Positions 26,477 through 38,819 of a DNA stretch of 64,000 nucleotides are shown piece after piece. Every line of letters starts with the position of its first letter. The stretch's first letter is position 1. The notes under the pieces are model-generated. The model was not told where the DNA came from. It made no database searches and saw only the letters and a program-made list of their open reading frames with translations. Origin of the DNA: Octopus vulgaris. Its lineage: Eukaryota. The DNA lies in the NCBI GenBank assembly GCA_951406725.2, contig OX597822.1:18476001-18540000 (forward strand), written 5' to 3'. A program made the position numbers and the translations under genes.

Positions 26477-28670
26477 GCTAGAAATAGACTCCGACACATC
26501 TTAGATCAATACAACAAGTTCACTAAAAAACATAGTGAGGAGGGGTCCCACCAACTCAGCTCATCTGTTGACAAAGGCCTACAAAAACTAAAACAGCGAA
26601 TTAGGAACAAAGAATTAGTGTACCTCCTTGGCAGACTATCAGTAGATAGCCCACAGAACTATGTCCAGACCATGCAACAGCATATCAGTAGCATGAGAGA
26701 AGTTACACCACAGGAACATGAAAGAGTAGAAAAACTCCTCAATGCACACATGGGAATGTGGTGCAACATACTCCAACCTACAAAAAGGACGGCACACAAT
26801 TTCCAGGCATCCAACAATGAGTTTCCTACACTATACGGGTTATGCAAAGACCACAAACCCTACATAAACCCTGTCGCTGGGCCCCCAACCAGACCAGTTT
26901 GCAGAGCAAACATCTCCAGCAACTATAGACTGTTCTATTTCCTCTCACAAGTATTGCGACCTCTCATAGAGATGTCTCCGGATGTCTGTATGAGTACGGA
27001 AGATCTCCTCAGTAAAATAAGTACTTGCAACCACACCAACGACCTCACAGGTTGTATAGTGGGTAGTATGGATGTAATTTCACTCTACCCACCTATAGAC
27101 ATAGATTTTGCTGTGGAGAAATGCATTCAAGCAATCTGTGAGAGTGAAGTGGAATTCCGTAAGGTCAACACCAGGGAACTGGGCCTCCTCCTCAGACTAT
27201 GCTATGACAATAACTATTTAGATGACCATGACCTTAGTAAATTCTGCCCCACTTGCTCACAGAGAGGTAGACCACCCACCATCACTTCAGCGGTGAAGAA
27301 AAGCACCACAGAGCACTGGAGTGGCTGGACTGAACCCACCCCAAATCCTGAGAACAACAATCAGGTGAGGGAAATGACTGCATATGCAATAAGGGCCAGT
27401 GTAAAAAACCACCTTGAAAAACCACATGGTAAAGTTTAATAAAAAAACTATACATGCAGGTTCAAGGTGCAGCCATTGGTGTCGGTGTAGCTGGAGATGT
27501 GGCTGGCCTCTTCATGACATGGTGGGAAAGAAAATTTAAACAAATGTTAGCAGAACAGTCCACAACTCTTCTACTCTACAGTAGATATGTAGATGACATT
27601 AATATAATAGTTAGAACCAACTCTAGTGACGATAATGTAGAGACTGAGAAGAACGTAATGGAGAGCATCCAGCAAATAGCTAACTCCATTCACCAAAGTA
27701 TCAAGAAAACTATAGATTACCCCACTAAGAACCCTAACAATAGACTCCCTGTACTTAATACTGAACTTTGGTTAGAGACTGTGAACAATAGCGTGCAGCT
27801 CCTCCACTCTTATTACATGAAACCTGTAACTTCAAAATATGTTGTTCACAAGAACTCAGCTTTGTCACACAACAGGAAAATTAACATACTAATAGCAGAC
27901 CTATTAGAATAATGAACAATGTGTCCCCACTATACGAACCCTGTGAAATGAAGAAACATATACAGAACTTCATACACCGCATGCAGTTCTCTGGATATGA
28001 TCAGAAAGATAGGGTTTGTGTATACAGGGGGGGGGCTAGAAACAAATTAGATAACATTATACGTAATGATACCAGTGGTACCTGCCATAGATATAGAAAC
28101 AAAGAATGGAATAGAATACAAAGAGCTTGTGACAAAGCAAACAGGGCGAACATGTGGTATAAAACCAACAAATATCAAGTAGTGATGTTTGTAGAGGCCA
28201 CAGCCCTTGGAGAACTAGCCCGTAGATTTAGAAAAGCTCTGAAGGAGACCAAACTCAACATTAAAATTGCTGAAAAGCCAGGGAACTCCGTCAGATCACA
28301 ACTATGTAGGAGGTACCCGTTTAAGAATACCATATTCACCAATGATAACTGCATGGTATGTAGAATTAGCCCTGGTATTAACTGTAGAACTCGAAATGTA
28401 GTTTACAGCATAAGATGCATAGAAGGTGCTTGTAAGGACATGAACATGATGTACATAGGGGAGACGTCTAGGAGCATTGCGGAATGGATAAATGAACATC
28501 TAAGACAATATGACGACAGAAAACAGTCCTCCATACTCTACCAACATGCCAAAGACCACCATGGAGGTAATCTTATCCAAGCACCCAAAAGACCCAACAC
28601 TCAGACAAATACGGGAGTACGTCCTTATAAATGAAATTTCCCCAATATTAAATAGGAAATATACACAGTA
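26477..28670 (+). pseudogene. PLE reverse transcriptase + Zn-linker + GIY-YIG endonuclease (frameshifted)
   Basis: LYGLCKDHK...GPPTRPVC, GSMDVISLYP, QVQGAAIG, RYVDDI, C..C...C linker, NVVYSIRC...YIGETSRSI...EHL, ending ...LINEISPILNRK. Confidence 0.92.
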
Positions 28671-29338
28671 AATACCATACCTCCATACCCACAGTTTACA
28701 CAGGTAGAGTAGAATAGTTAGTGGACTGTCAGGTAGATAAATGTATGTATGTGGGTGTGAGTGTGTGTGTATACCTTTTTTTTAATCATTATTATTTTTG
28801 GGTTTTTTTGCTTTTGTCATATTTTTATATTTTTTATTTATTTTTTTATATTATTTATTTATTTATTTTTTATTTCTGTATGTAAGCATTTAGATATGTA
28901 AATAAACAGATCAACATACAGACGGATAGGTACATAGGTTACAAGAACAGACACATATTGAGACACGGAACCACACATATAAAGATGCACATACATACAT
29001 ACAAACATGGTACATAGTTACTTAACACACACACACACACAGATATGCACACACAAGGAGACAGAGGTGCATACACATACAAACACATGCTCACACACAC
29101 ACACATAGAAAATACACAAACACGGACAGGCAAGCACATAAATATGCAGGATACGTACATATAGATGCACACACATACATATGCATACACACACATATAT
29201 ACATACACATGCAAACACACACATACATACGTACATGCATGCTTGTATAGGCACACACGCATACTGACCCATTGACCCACACACATGCGCACAAACAAAC
29301 AAAAGGGAATGCAGTGTAAATAACGGACAAAGTCAAGA

Positions 29339-29375
29339 CTATTGAAAAGGTTGCAGGACGCAACAAAAATTTTAG
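29339..29375 (+). ncRNA. Hammerhead-like motif, U3-A8 core variant (G12->A in this copy)
   Basis: CTA-TTGAAAA-G-GTTGC AGGAC GCAAC-AAA-AATT-T-TAG. Helix I is only 3 bp. Confidence 0.55.
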
Positions 29376-29535
29376 AAAATAAAAATAAGAAATAAGTGGA
29401 AATTTTACCGGTGAGTGTGTTAAATAATAAGGTACTAAAAGAGAATGACTCTCCCCAGACACAACAGAATATGCTTCAACACACGAAATCATATAAAGAA
29501 TCTTGCAAACCAAATCCCAAAACGAAATATATATA

Positions 29536-29770
29536 TTTTACGGAGATGTACTTGCATAGCAAGTGACCTGATCTGAAATCGTGTGCTGGAACGAAAACAA
29601 TTGCAGCGTGGAAGGTGTTTATAAGCCATTTAAGAAACACACAGAAACCGTTAGATTCACTTCAACTCTTAAATTTAATTTGTCAAAATATTTCCATCGC
29701 TTTGAGACCGCGACTTATTGACTGACAAAGCTTCGTGCTGCATCTCAGAAAGTAACAGTTAGTTCATGAT
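29536..29770 (-). mobile_element. PLE pseudo-LTR of the same family as 56363-56938
   Basis: Aligns with 56363-56570 (ggagatgtac...gcagcgtggaaggtgtttataagccatttaagaaacac...gtgctgcatc). Confidence 0.8.
29679..29729 (-). ncRNA. Degenerate hammerhead (G3-C8 family)
   Basis: Reverse complement TTTGTCA-GTCAATA-A-GTCGC GGTCTCAAA GCGAT-GGA-AATATT-T-TGACAAA. Helices are intact but core positions 5, 8 and 13 are mutated. Confidence 0.55.
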
Positions 29771-30076
29771 ATATATGTACGTACGTATGTATGTGTGTGT
29801 GTGTGTGTATGATGTATGTATGTATGTATGTATGTATGTATGTATGTATGTATGATGTGTGCATGTATGTATGTATGTGTGTACATGTATGTGCGCATGC
29901 ATGTGTGCATGCCTATACGCATGTATGTATGTACCTATGTACTTACGTATGTATTTGAGTATTTAGGAGAGTGAGTAGACGTGTCTGTGTGTGTGTACAT
30001 GTGAACATATGTTTATGTACTGATATGTGTCAGTTGAAGTTGTATACATGACTGTTACTTTGTTGAAGGTTGTATA

Positions 30077-30352
30077 TGGTGTGTGCGAGAGATTCGAAAT
30101 AAAGGCACCTACCTTCTCTTCGCTCCAATGGAGACCCTTCAGCGGTAACGGATCCTTCAACACAGCCCGACCCGAACGCTAGAGATAGCAGCTGCTTCAC
30201 CCAATCTTAACAACGTGATCACCCGTCTTAACCTCTCGACGACCTGGCTCGAAAAGGCAGAATGCCCCGCTCGCTGTGCGCGCATCACGGCTGCCCCCTT
30301 CTGGTCAGCCCCAAGTTCCGGTCAGCTCCCCAGCTGCTGACGTCATCCCACA
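30077..30352 (-). repeat. 3' LTR
   Basis: About 90% identical by eye to 33840-34114. Confidence 0.9.
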
Positions 30353-30383
30353 TGCCACCCTGATCTTAAAGATCACAATCTCT

Positions 30384-33103
30384 CTACTCCATGTTGTAGT
30401 CTACCATCCAACCGGGAGGGCGCCTTGTGCGTCGAGATCTTCTCAAGCTGGGCACCTCGTTCTCCCCCTCTCCACAATCGTCGTCTGTCGAAGCGATAAT
30501 CCTGCGAAGGTCCAAGACGTGTCGCGGCATTCCATCCACGGAGACGTTGTTTCTGGAATTGACCGCCGTCACCGTTCCTCTGCTCCATTGAGACGTACAG
30601 CGCGCCTTTGGTGGCTTAACCCAGACTTCCTCCCCTATTTTCATGCAAACAGGTCCCTTCTCTTCCTCGTGGCCCTCCGGCGCTTTGCTCGGGTGCCTCC
30701 ATTCATATTTAAATACAGCTCTCTGCGGCACAGATTCCTCAGCTTGTCCGGATCGGGGAGACAAGTTGTACCAAAAAACTGCTTCAAGTGGCGAAATGTG
30801 CCCTCTTTCCGCTATAGCCTTGACTGTCCGATGGTGCCTCACTATGATCCCGTTACCGCTCGGCCTATACGCTACTCTGAACAAGTGACGCACCTTCCAC
30901 CGATCAAGCATAACCCTCAATGCTTCCGAACGAAACGCCACCCCATTGTCCATCAGCAGTTCTTCCACGGAACCTCTCTCTAAAGATATCCCGTTCAAGA
31001 TCTGCGCGATCTCGTCAGCAGTGCCCGTTCTCAACTCCCTTCAAATGGCCAGCCGGCCCGGCCCGCAGTCGACCATGGAGAGATACATTCCCTGACGGTA
31101 GTGTGTCACATCCACAGCTAGCCTTTTCCAGTTGTGCTCCACCGAAAGGCTTCCCTGTTCATGCCCACACGGAGCAGGGTTGATGGACTGACACCTGTCG
31201 CAGCTCCCGACCACTTTCCGGATGCTTCCCCTAGTGACGTCAGCATCACTTTTCTTCGCCAGATACAGGGTCCTGTCCACACCCAGGTGATGCATAGCAT
31301 GCAGTCTCTTCAGTTCAGAGTCATCCAACCGACACGCTGCAGCTATCCCTTTCCGGGCCTCCTCCGGTTCTTCCAACCATGCTCTTTTCACCCTGGTCAG
31401 TGCGTCCGCCCTGTTTTTCTCCGAAGGCACTAAAACGACATTCAGCTTCAGTCCGAACTCGGCGATCAATTCACCTAGAACTCCTAGACGGCACTTCACT
31501 AACATCTCTGTGACACCTTTCGTCCGCACTCTCCTTTCACCAGTGATCACCGATCCTACCCAGCCAAGCACAGTGGCCGAATCCGTCCGGATTTCAATTG
31601 TGCGCAGCCCCCATTTCAGGGCCAAGTTCACTCCTTTCAGCACCGCGTCTAATTCGGTGACATTGATGTGGTTGAAGTCATCTGCTTTCCGAAGCCAGGC
31701 CGCGTCCTCCACCGCAGCGCCTTCGATTGCCAACACAACCTCTATCGCTATACTGCTAGCATCACACCAGATGGTCCCGCATTCCGTCTTGGGCACGTAC
31801 CAGTTCCCTCTGACCGGGTCTTCCGCTCTCGTCCTCTCTAGGATTTCCTGCATCATGGCCACCGTCCCTTCTCCCACTTTGTCACCCCAACTCTCCTCCT
31901 CCGCTCGTCTCTTGGTGTAACTGCACGCCGTGCGCAGCCATCCAGCGATCGGGTAGTGACCAACCAACTTCCCACACACTGAGAACAGCTCTCTCCTGCT
32001 GACGCTGGAACTCAGCTCTGGGATTTCATTCCCTCTCCAGAACACCAATTCACCCGATCTATCTCTTCGCAGCTTCAGCCCCAGCGCGGATCCTCCTTCC
32101 ATCGACTCCGGTGGCTTCGCAGTCAGTCCGAACTTCTTCAGATGTCTTACTACCTCGTTGGCTGGCACTACAGTTTCATCCACCAAAATGTAGTCAGTGT
32201 AGGAGCTGGTGACCTTTCTAATCTTGCCGTCTTTCCCTAGGACGGACTTAAGCACTGCCACCATGATCTTCGGAGCGGAATTCAGCCCGAAACCCAGCCT
32301 GGTTAAACAGTACGTCCGGCCTTTGTACCGCACCAGCTGATACCGCCACAGTTTGTCGCTCATATGGAGCTGCAAGTATGCCGATTTCAAGTCGACAATC
32401 GTCGCCACCTCACTCGACTGTCTCCACGCACGTAACGTCTTGCCACAAACGTCTGTCACCTCACCTCCCATGTGACACGATATATGCTGGTTTAGCTTCC
32501 TGAAGTCCAGCACCAGTCTGACTTTTCCCTTCGTAGGCTGCACCACCGCCATCAGGGGTAGCACTCCGCCCACTACCTCCTCCTTCCAAGGGACAAGGAC
32601 CGCTGACCATCGAACGCCGCCTGAAAGTCTTTGTCCTCGATGGTGTAAGCGGCGCAGTCCCTCGCGGGGCTCTGCTCTCTCTGGCGATCCTGACTCACAG
32701 TGCACGTTGCCCCCACGCTTCCGAACGTGATCTCATTTCCCACAACACTGACGCCACCGAGGCGGTTGATGGCGTCCATCCCCATCACCCCATCAACCCC
32801 ATCTATCATGCGTTCAGCCACAATTACCTGCAGCCTTAGCGTCGTGCCGTGCACCACTATCTCTACCTTGCTGCTGCCTCTGCAACGGATTTCGCTGCCG
32901 TCGACAATCCGGACGCTACTTGCCCCGTTCCATTTCTTTGTCACCCTTGAATTCACAAGGGTGGTCGTACAGCCCGTATCCACGAGGGCCTTAAACGTCT
33001 TCCCCTCGGCCTCCACGTCAATTAATGGCAGCGTCTCCAATAGCGCCTCTACTCGTTTGCGGGGAAAGTTTGAGAGGCAGCAACTGCCCCGCGGTCGTTT
33101 CCC
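30384..33103 (-). pseudogene. pol (protease, RT, RNase H, integrase) with a frameshift/deletion near 32600 and a stop at 31041
   Basis: ALVDTGC, VRLVLDFRKLN, DLKSAYLQ, RLGFGLNSAP, YTDYILV (degenerate YxDD), WCDASS, H..HLG...C..CQ, AVDVTH, LMDNG. Confidence 0.9.
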
Positions 33104-33810
33104 TGGTCACAATCACAGGCGATGTGCCCTGTCTGCCTGCATCGATAGCAAACGGGCTCCGGTTGCATACAGTCCCGCGCCATGTGCGACCCCTGACATT
33201 TAAAACACTGACCTGAGAACGGCCGCTGTCGTTGCATGGTAGGCTTCTGTACGTCTTTCTCCGGTCGTCGTCCATCTTTACGCACCTCCGTCACCACCAT
33301 TGCTATCGCCTTCCGCCCAGAGTGTCGCGTCAACACGCAGGCTTGAGTCACAAGTTCGCTCAGCGCCATCTTTTTAATCCCGGGCAATCGTTGTAGGTGA
33401 ATCCGTACATCGTCGGGGAACCCATTTACAAACGCCAGCCGCGCTGCTCTCTCCAGCCCTTCTCCTGTAAACCCAGCCAGCATCGCTAACCTTCTAACTT
33501 CTGCCGCGTACTCGTCCACCTGTCCTCCCGTCCATCTGATCGTACCCAGCTTAGCAAAAGCTGTGTATTCACACTCTGTGTAGGCATCCCGCAGACGTTG
33601 CTCTATTTTTTCCTCGCTCAGGCGTTCCTCCTCCTCCATCTCAAGATATAGCGTCAACCCACTCCCTTCTAAATACAGCGCCATAAGACTTGCCACATCG
33701 CTTATACCTTGCAGTCTTGCCACCAGCCTGATTTTACGAATCCAGGCCACTACATCGCCTTCACCATTAAAGGGTCTGATGATGTCGCTGGCGATCCTGA
33801 TTTTCGCTGC
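33049..33810 (-). pseudogene. gag with two CCHC zinc knuckles
   Basis: CFKCQGSHMARDC and CYRCRQTGHIACDC in ORF 33049..33963(-). The upstream part of that ORF is LTR sequence. Confidence 0.88.
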
Positions 33811-33839
33811 CGACTTATATGGAGCGCCGAAATAGCTTG

Positions 33840-34114
33840 TGGTGTAAGCGAGAGATTCGAAATAAAGGCACCTACCTTCTCTTCGCTTTGATGGAGGCCC
33901 TTCAGCGGTAACGGATCCTTCGACACAGCCCGACCTGAACGCTAGAGATAGCAGCTGCTTCACCCAACCTTAACAACGTGAATCACCCGTCTTAACCCCT
34001 CGACGACCTGACTTGAAAGGCAGAAATCCCTGCTCACTGCGCGTGCGTCTCGGCTGCCCCTTCCGGTCAGCCCCAACTTCCGATCAGCTCCCCAGCTGCT
34101 GATGTCATCCCTCA
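33840..34114 (-). repeat. 5' LTR
   Basis: Direct repeat of 30077-30352. Confidence 0.9.
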
Positions 34115-34211
34115 GTATACACACACATATACATATATATAGACACACACACACATATATATGTGTGTGCGTTTGTCCCTGTCACCACCGTCTAATGGTG
34201 ATTGGATACAA

Positions 34212-34441
34212 GGCGGCAGCTGGCAGAAACGTTAGCAGGCCAGGCGAAATGCGTAGCCGTATTTCGTCTGCCATTATGTTCTGAGTTCAAATTCCGCCAA
34301 GGTCGACTTTGCCTTTCATCCTTTCGGGGTCGATAAATTAAGTACCAGTTACACACTGGGGTCGATATAATCGACTTAATCCGTATGTCTGTCCTTGTTT
34401 GTCCTCTCTGTGTTTAGCCCCTTGTGGGCAGTAAAGAAATA
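34212..34441 (+). mobile_element. tRNA-derived SINE (family 2), full length, with a 15-bp TSD
   Basis: GGTGATTGGATACAA at 34197-34211 and 34442-34456, plus a B-box-like GAGTTCAAATTCC. Confidence 0.92.
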
Positions 34442-34624
34442 GGTGATTGGATACAACGCCTTAGATACATATATGCACATATAACCATATACATATATAC
34501 AAGTACACACAATCATATAGACACTTACACATACTCACAAATATACGTATAATCTTAAAGTATACACACATATACGCTTATCCATCTCTCTCTCTATATA
34601 TATATATATTTATATATATATGAC

Positions 34625-35960
34625 ACTATTTTCAAGGACAACGTTGAGTGTGGGTTTGTATTCTTGTATACAGACAGCTTCAGTGACCTGTCTCAGCATT
34701 ACATCCGTGGGATGTGTGGATAAGATGTTTAATTTAATCCCTTGTGGCAGTCTACAGCATGCTGATAGAAGATGGAGTTTGGTTTCTTTGCAATGTAGTT
34801 GTCCAGGTGTTCTTTGAACCTATCATTGATACTCCTTAGAAGTCTCACCTATGTATGACTCTGGACTAGTCACGCAAGCTCTTTCTCGGCACTTAATTTG
34901 GTATACAGTGTTCTTGGTTTTACAGTTCACATGTGGGTTTGTAGAACATACTGCACAATTATTTTGACACATGATTTTATCAAATGGATATGATCTACAT
35001 AATACAGATTTGATAGTCCTACCTGTCTTTTCTACAACTTTGATCTTAAGGCCAGTTGTACGCAGGATTTTCTTAGATGCCTTACTTAATTCGTTCTTAG
35101 GTGTGGCGACAACAAATATTACACTGTGAAATTTTTTGTTATCATACCAAGTATTGGTTTTATTTCTTTTGTTGGTGTCCCTCTCTAACCTATTCCAGAG
35201 CTTGTTGCGGTATAGGGGGCATATACCGTTTTCGTCATCTCTTAGAATGCGTTCGAATCTTGTTTTTGCTCCTTTGTACACTCTGATTCTATCGTATTGT
35301 GTGTATCCGGGACGTTGCATTCGGAATATGAAGTGCTGGATGTGTTGTTGTTCTTGTGGTTGGCATAGTGGGGATACATTCCTCAGTACTCTAAGTCTGC
35401 CACCAGGATGTTGATCTTGGTAGTACTCACCATCGCTGAGTCACTACGGTTTACAATAGTGTGAGTGGAGTATACAGGGTTTAACAGTCCCATTAGCCAT
35501 AGTATTTTCTATCTACAGCTCAGTATCTAGGACAGGTAATCTATTACTGGGGTGTAGTCTACGGTAACTTTTATACTGCTATGGATAGAGTCAGCTATGT
35601 GTTGTATAGCTGTCATCACCTGTTCTTCATTTAGTAGAGAGTCTATATCTGTGTCTGTATTACTATTACATTTCACGACAAGGTTAATGTCGTCAACGTC
35701 AACATATCAAGAGTACATAGCTAAGTGGATGTTACGGGTCACTAGGCACTGTTTAAACTGTCTGTCCCACCATGAAGAGGTTAGTAACATCACCGGCGAT
35801 CCCTACTCCAATAGCACCGCCTTTCACCTGTTTATACAGTTTGTTGTTAAACTTAAAAATATGGGTTTTAAGCGTAGTTCTAATAGCATGTGCAACAGTA
35901 GTTTTGATGTCGTGTGCCATACCAGCGTTCACAGTTGGTATCTTTACCTCAGCATACAAA
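34625..35960 (-). pseudogene. Penelope-like element B RT (C-half) + GIY-YIG, frameshifted, related to element A
   Basis: YKQVKGGAIGVGIAGDV, DDINL, CAVC...C linker, NTVYQIKC...YIGETSK, RFKEHL...EAVCIQEYKPTLN. Confidence 0.9.
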
Positions 35961-36404
35961 AAGAAGTCTGTCTTGTGTGTGTGTGTGTGTGTGTGTGTGC
36001 CCTCTTGTCTTGACATGGTTTGATGGTTGTTATTGAGCATCGTAGTCTTACAAGTTGCGTCGTTTATTTCCAGTCTTTCTGGAAATAAAGTCTGGCAAAG
36101 GGAATATATTACCTTACTTGGAAACAGGAAAGACCTCTGGCCAGAGAAAGACTCCTTTGACAAACTCTGACTGACCCATGTGAGCGTGGAAATGTACATG
36201 TTGATGGTGATGATGATGATTATATATTTATGCCTTTAGGTATGTATGTGTGTGTGTGTGTGTGTGTGAGAGTGTTACCAATAAAATAATTATGAGACTG
36301 AAATAAATTCTCTTGTTAATATACTTTTGTAAGCTCTATGAAAGAGTTAGCATGGCAGATGTCCAGTGACTGAAACCATAAAAGAATAGATACGTATATA
36401 TATA

Positions 36405-36455
<51 letters not shown>

Positions 36456-37165
36456 CATAATGAAGTATTTTTACAGTAGACTTAATTATCAAGGTTAAAA
36501 TTATCTTCACTTTTTAATTAAATAGCGTTATTGTTGTTCAGCACTTGGTCAGTTCGTGTAAGCAGGCTGTGACCATCCCATTGTATTATTCAGACATAAT
36601 GTACTTAACACTATAATGTGCAATGCATGCTTTAGTTTTGAAGATAGCAGGGTGAATTTGAGGAAGATCTAAGTTCGGTTTCCAACAGGTTGAAGCACTT
36701 TCATTGACTTGTGTTTGTTTTTTTCTTTAAATCATTTGAATTCTTCCTCTGAAGAAGGAGCTGGTTTCTAACAAAGATGCAAAGCTCCATCTATGGAATG
36801 TAGGTAACAAAGACAATGTCACATTTTAAACCTGAGTGAAAATCCAAGCTTATCCAGACTGACAGTCAGGCATTTATGCATTTGTTTATTTACTTATCTA
36901 TTTATGCATGTATGCACTTCTCTAAAAAAATCACTGAATTACATGCTGTGATGTTATTTCCCATCTCATCAAATCTGCTGCTGCATCTGTGCTTTCTCTT
37001 ATTTCTTATAAGAGCTCCCTTACTTGAAAACCAAATTGGGTTAGTGGGTTGGTGAGAGGAAGAGCATCCAGGTGTAAAAACAATGCCTGAATAATATATT
37101 CATCTAACCCATGCTAGCATGGGAAAAGATGTAAAAGTAAATGAATGGATATATATATATATATA

Positions 37166-37546
37166 GCAATATTAAATCTCTGAGCAAGAATTAAACAGTA
37201 GCAGCACGGAATTGTGAAGTATATTTGCCACCTAAATGTAGCGGCCCCATAGGGGACAATGTTACTGTTGTTTATAGTCCCAGGAGGACACCTTCTCCAG
37301 CTTGCTAATGACACACTGTGTGTGTCTTATGAGTATTTGCTGGTGACTATCATACACTGAAGATGGGTTACTACCCAGAAACCCGGGTCTGCATGTATCA
37401 CTTAAGGCTAGAGATGGGAATGATGATTTCCCTTCACAAATACTCATAAGACACAGACAGTGTGTCGTTAGCAAGCTGAAGGAGATGTCCTCCTGGGGCT
37501 ATAAACAATAGTAACATTGTTTCCACATTTAGGTGGCAAATATACT
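37166..37546 (+). mobile_element. Non-coding fold-back element with a central HHR, in (TA)n (PLE pseudo-LTR-type)
   Basis: Inverted arms 37218-37339 and 37437-37546, an extra tail 37166-37217, and (TA)n on both sides. Confidence 0.8.
37351..37395 (+). ncRNA. Type-I hammerhead ribozyme, canonical core
   Basis: CATACA-CTGAAGA-TGGGT TACT ACCCA-GAA-ACCCGGGT-C-TGCATG. GUC site, with one mismatch in helix I. Confidence 0.88.
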
Positions 37547-38819
37547 ATGTATATATATATATATATATATACAAATATATGTATGTATATTGTGTGTGTG
37601 TATGGATATACTTACTTGAGCACTCTGCTCTCTATAAGGCAAAGGCCATCGACGACTTTTCTCCTGTTGTTTTTGACTCTGCGCTGTCTTGTTTACTTTC
37701 TCTCCAATTGGATAATGAAGAGAAAACAAAAGACAGTCGTCTCCCAAGTTTTGTTAGTTTAAATTGTTATGGATGCTTCTGTAACTTTCTTTTGTCCTGG
37801 ATAGAGGTGTTGGTCATATGCAAACTCATTTTTACCTTTGGAAAGAGCTAGCCATATCAGTCTGGTCTCTATCCTTTGGTCTGTGCAACATAGAGGCCTT
37901 TCTCGGAACTTGCACTCCACTGGTATAAGCTCAAAGTCTCAGTGAGGCATACAAGCCACCACACCACATCAAGGACTGCACCTTGTGGTGGATACGTGTG
38001 GGTGTGTGTTTATAAATCCTCATTATTTTATGTCTGTTTTCTATGCTAGCATGTGTGTTGGATAGTTTGCAGTTCAGATCTTGTTGGGTATTACTAGCCT
38101 CTTTGATGGCTTGAAGAATCATGTCTCATTTGTTCATTTCATTTTTGGCATCATGGTTTTCATGGCTTGATACTTTTCATAACATCAACCATTTCACAGA
38201 ATGGGCTGCATCTTTTTTATCATACAAGAGAGATTGTCATATCCTCAATAAGACTAAAGGGACTTCTTTAAACTATTTTCTCTCTTTTCAAATACAGGTC
38301 ACTTTACAATATGTACTTGATATTTTTTATTGTTGCACCAACACCAGAGAGGTTACCTTATACCTTGCAGGGCTAAGAAGTCCTCTCTGTCCATATTTTA
38401 TTAATATTTCATTTAATTTCAATGACAATATTGTACTCAGTAGAATATATAGCTTGCATTGATTTAAAGATTACTAAATATTCGAAAATGTATTGTTTAG
38501 CTTCAGGTATCAATAAATGAAAGGCAGAATATCGAAAAAAATTAATTTGTCTGAAAACATAGCTTTTTTTTTTGTTAGATTTCTGTATAAGTTGCACAGT
38601 AAAGCAGACACAACAATGCCAGTGATGATTAGGTTGATGATGGAGCTGTTGTTGTTTTTGTTATTGTATTACAACATTGATATTTGAGATCAATATTCAT
38701 AACACCTTGGTGATTTTATTTAACCCCAGGCCAGTCCTAATTAAGGAAGACTTTGGTGAATGATTAATGGTATTTGTATCAAGACCATGTTATCTTTTGT
38801 TTTCAAATGTAGTATATCA

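Larger units (their letters stand above)
26477..29527 (+). mobile_element. Penelope-like element A (5'-truncated): RT + GIY-YIG ORF, microsatellite-rich 3' UTR, HHR-bearing end at (TA)n
   Basis: ORF pieces 26477-28670 followed by an HHR motif at 29339-29375 on the same strand. Linking the 3' part to the ORF is an inference. Confidence 0.7.
30077..34114 (-). mobile_element. Compact (~4.0 kb) Ty3/Gypsy-like LTR retrotransposon, decayed
   Basis: Two ~275-bp LTRs (TG...CA on the minus strand), GTATA on both flanks (30072-30076 and 34115-34119), and domain order gag-PR-RT-RH-IN. Confidence 0.93.
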
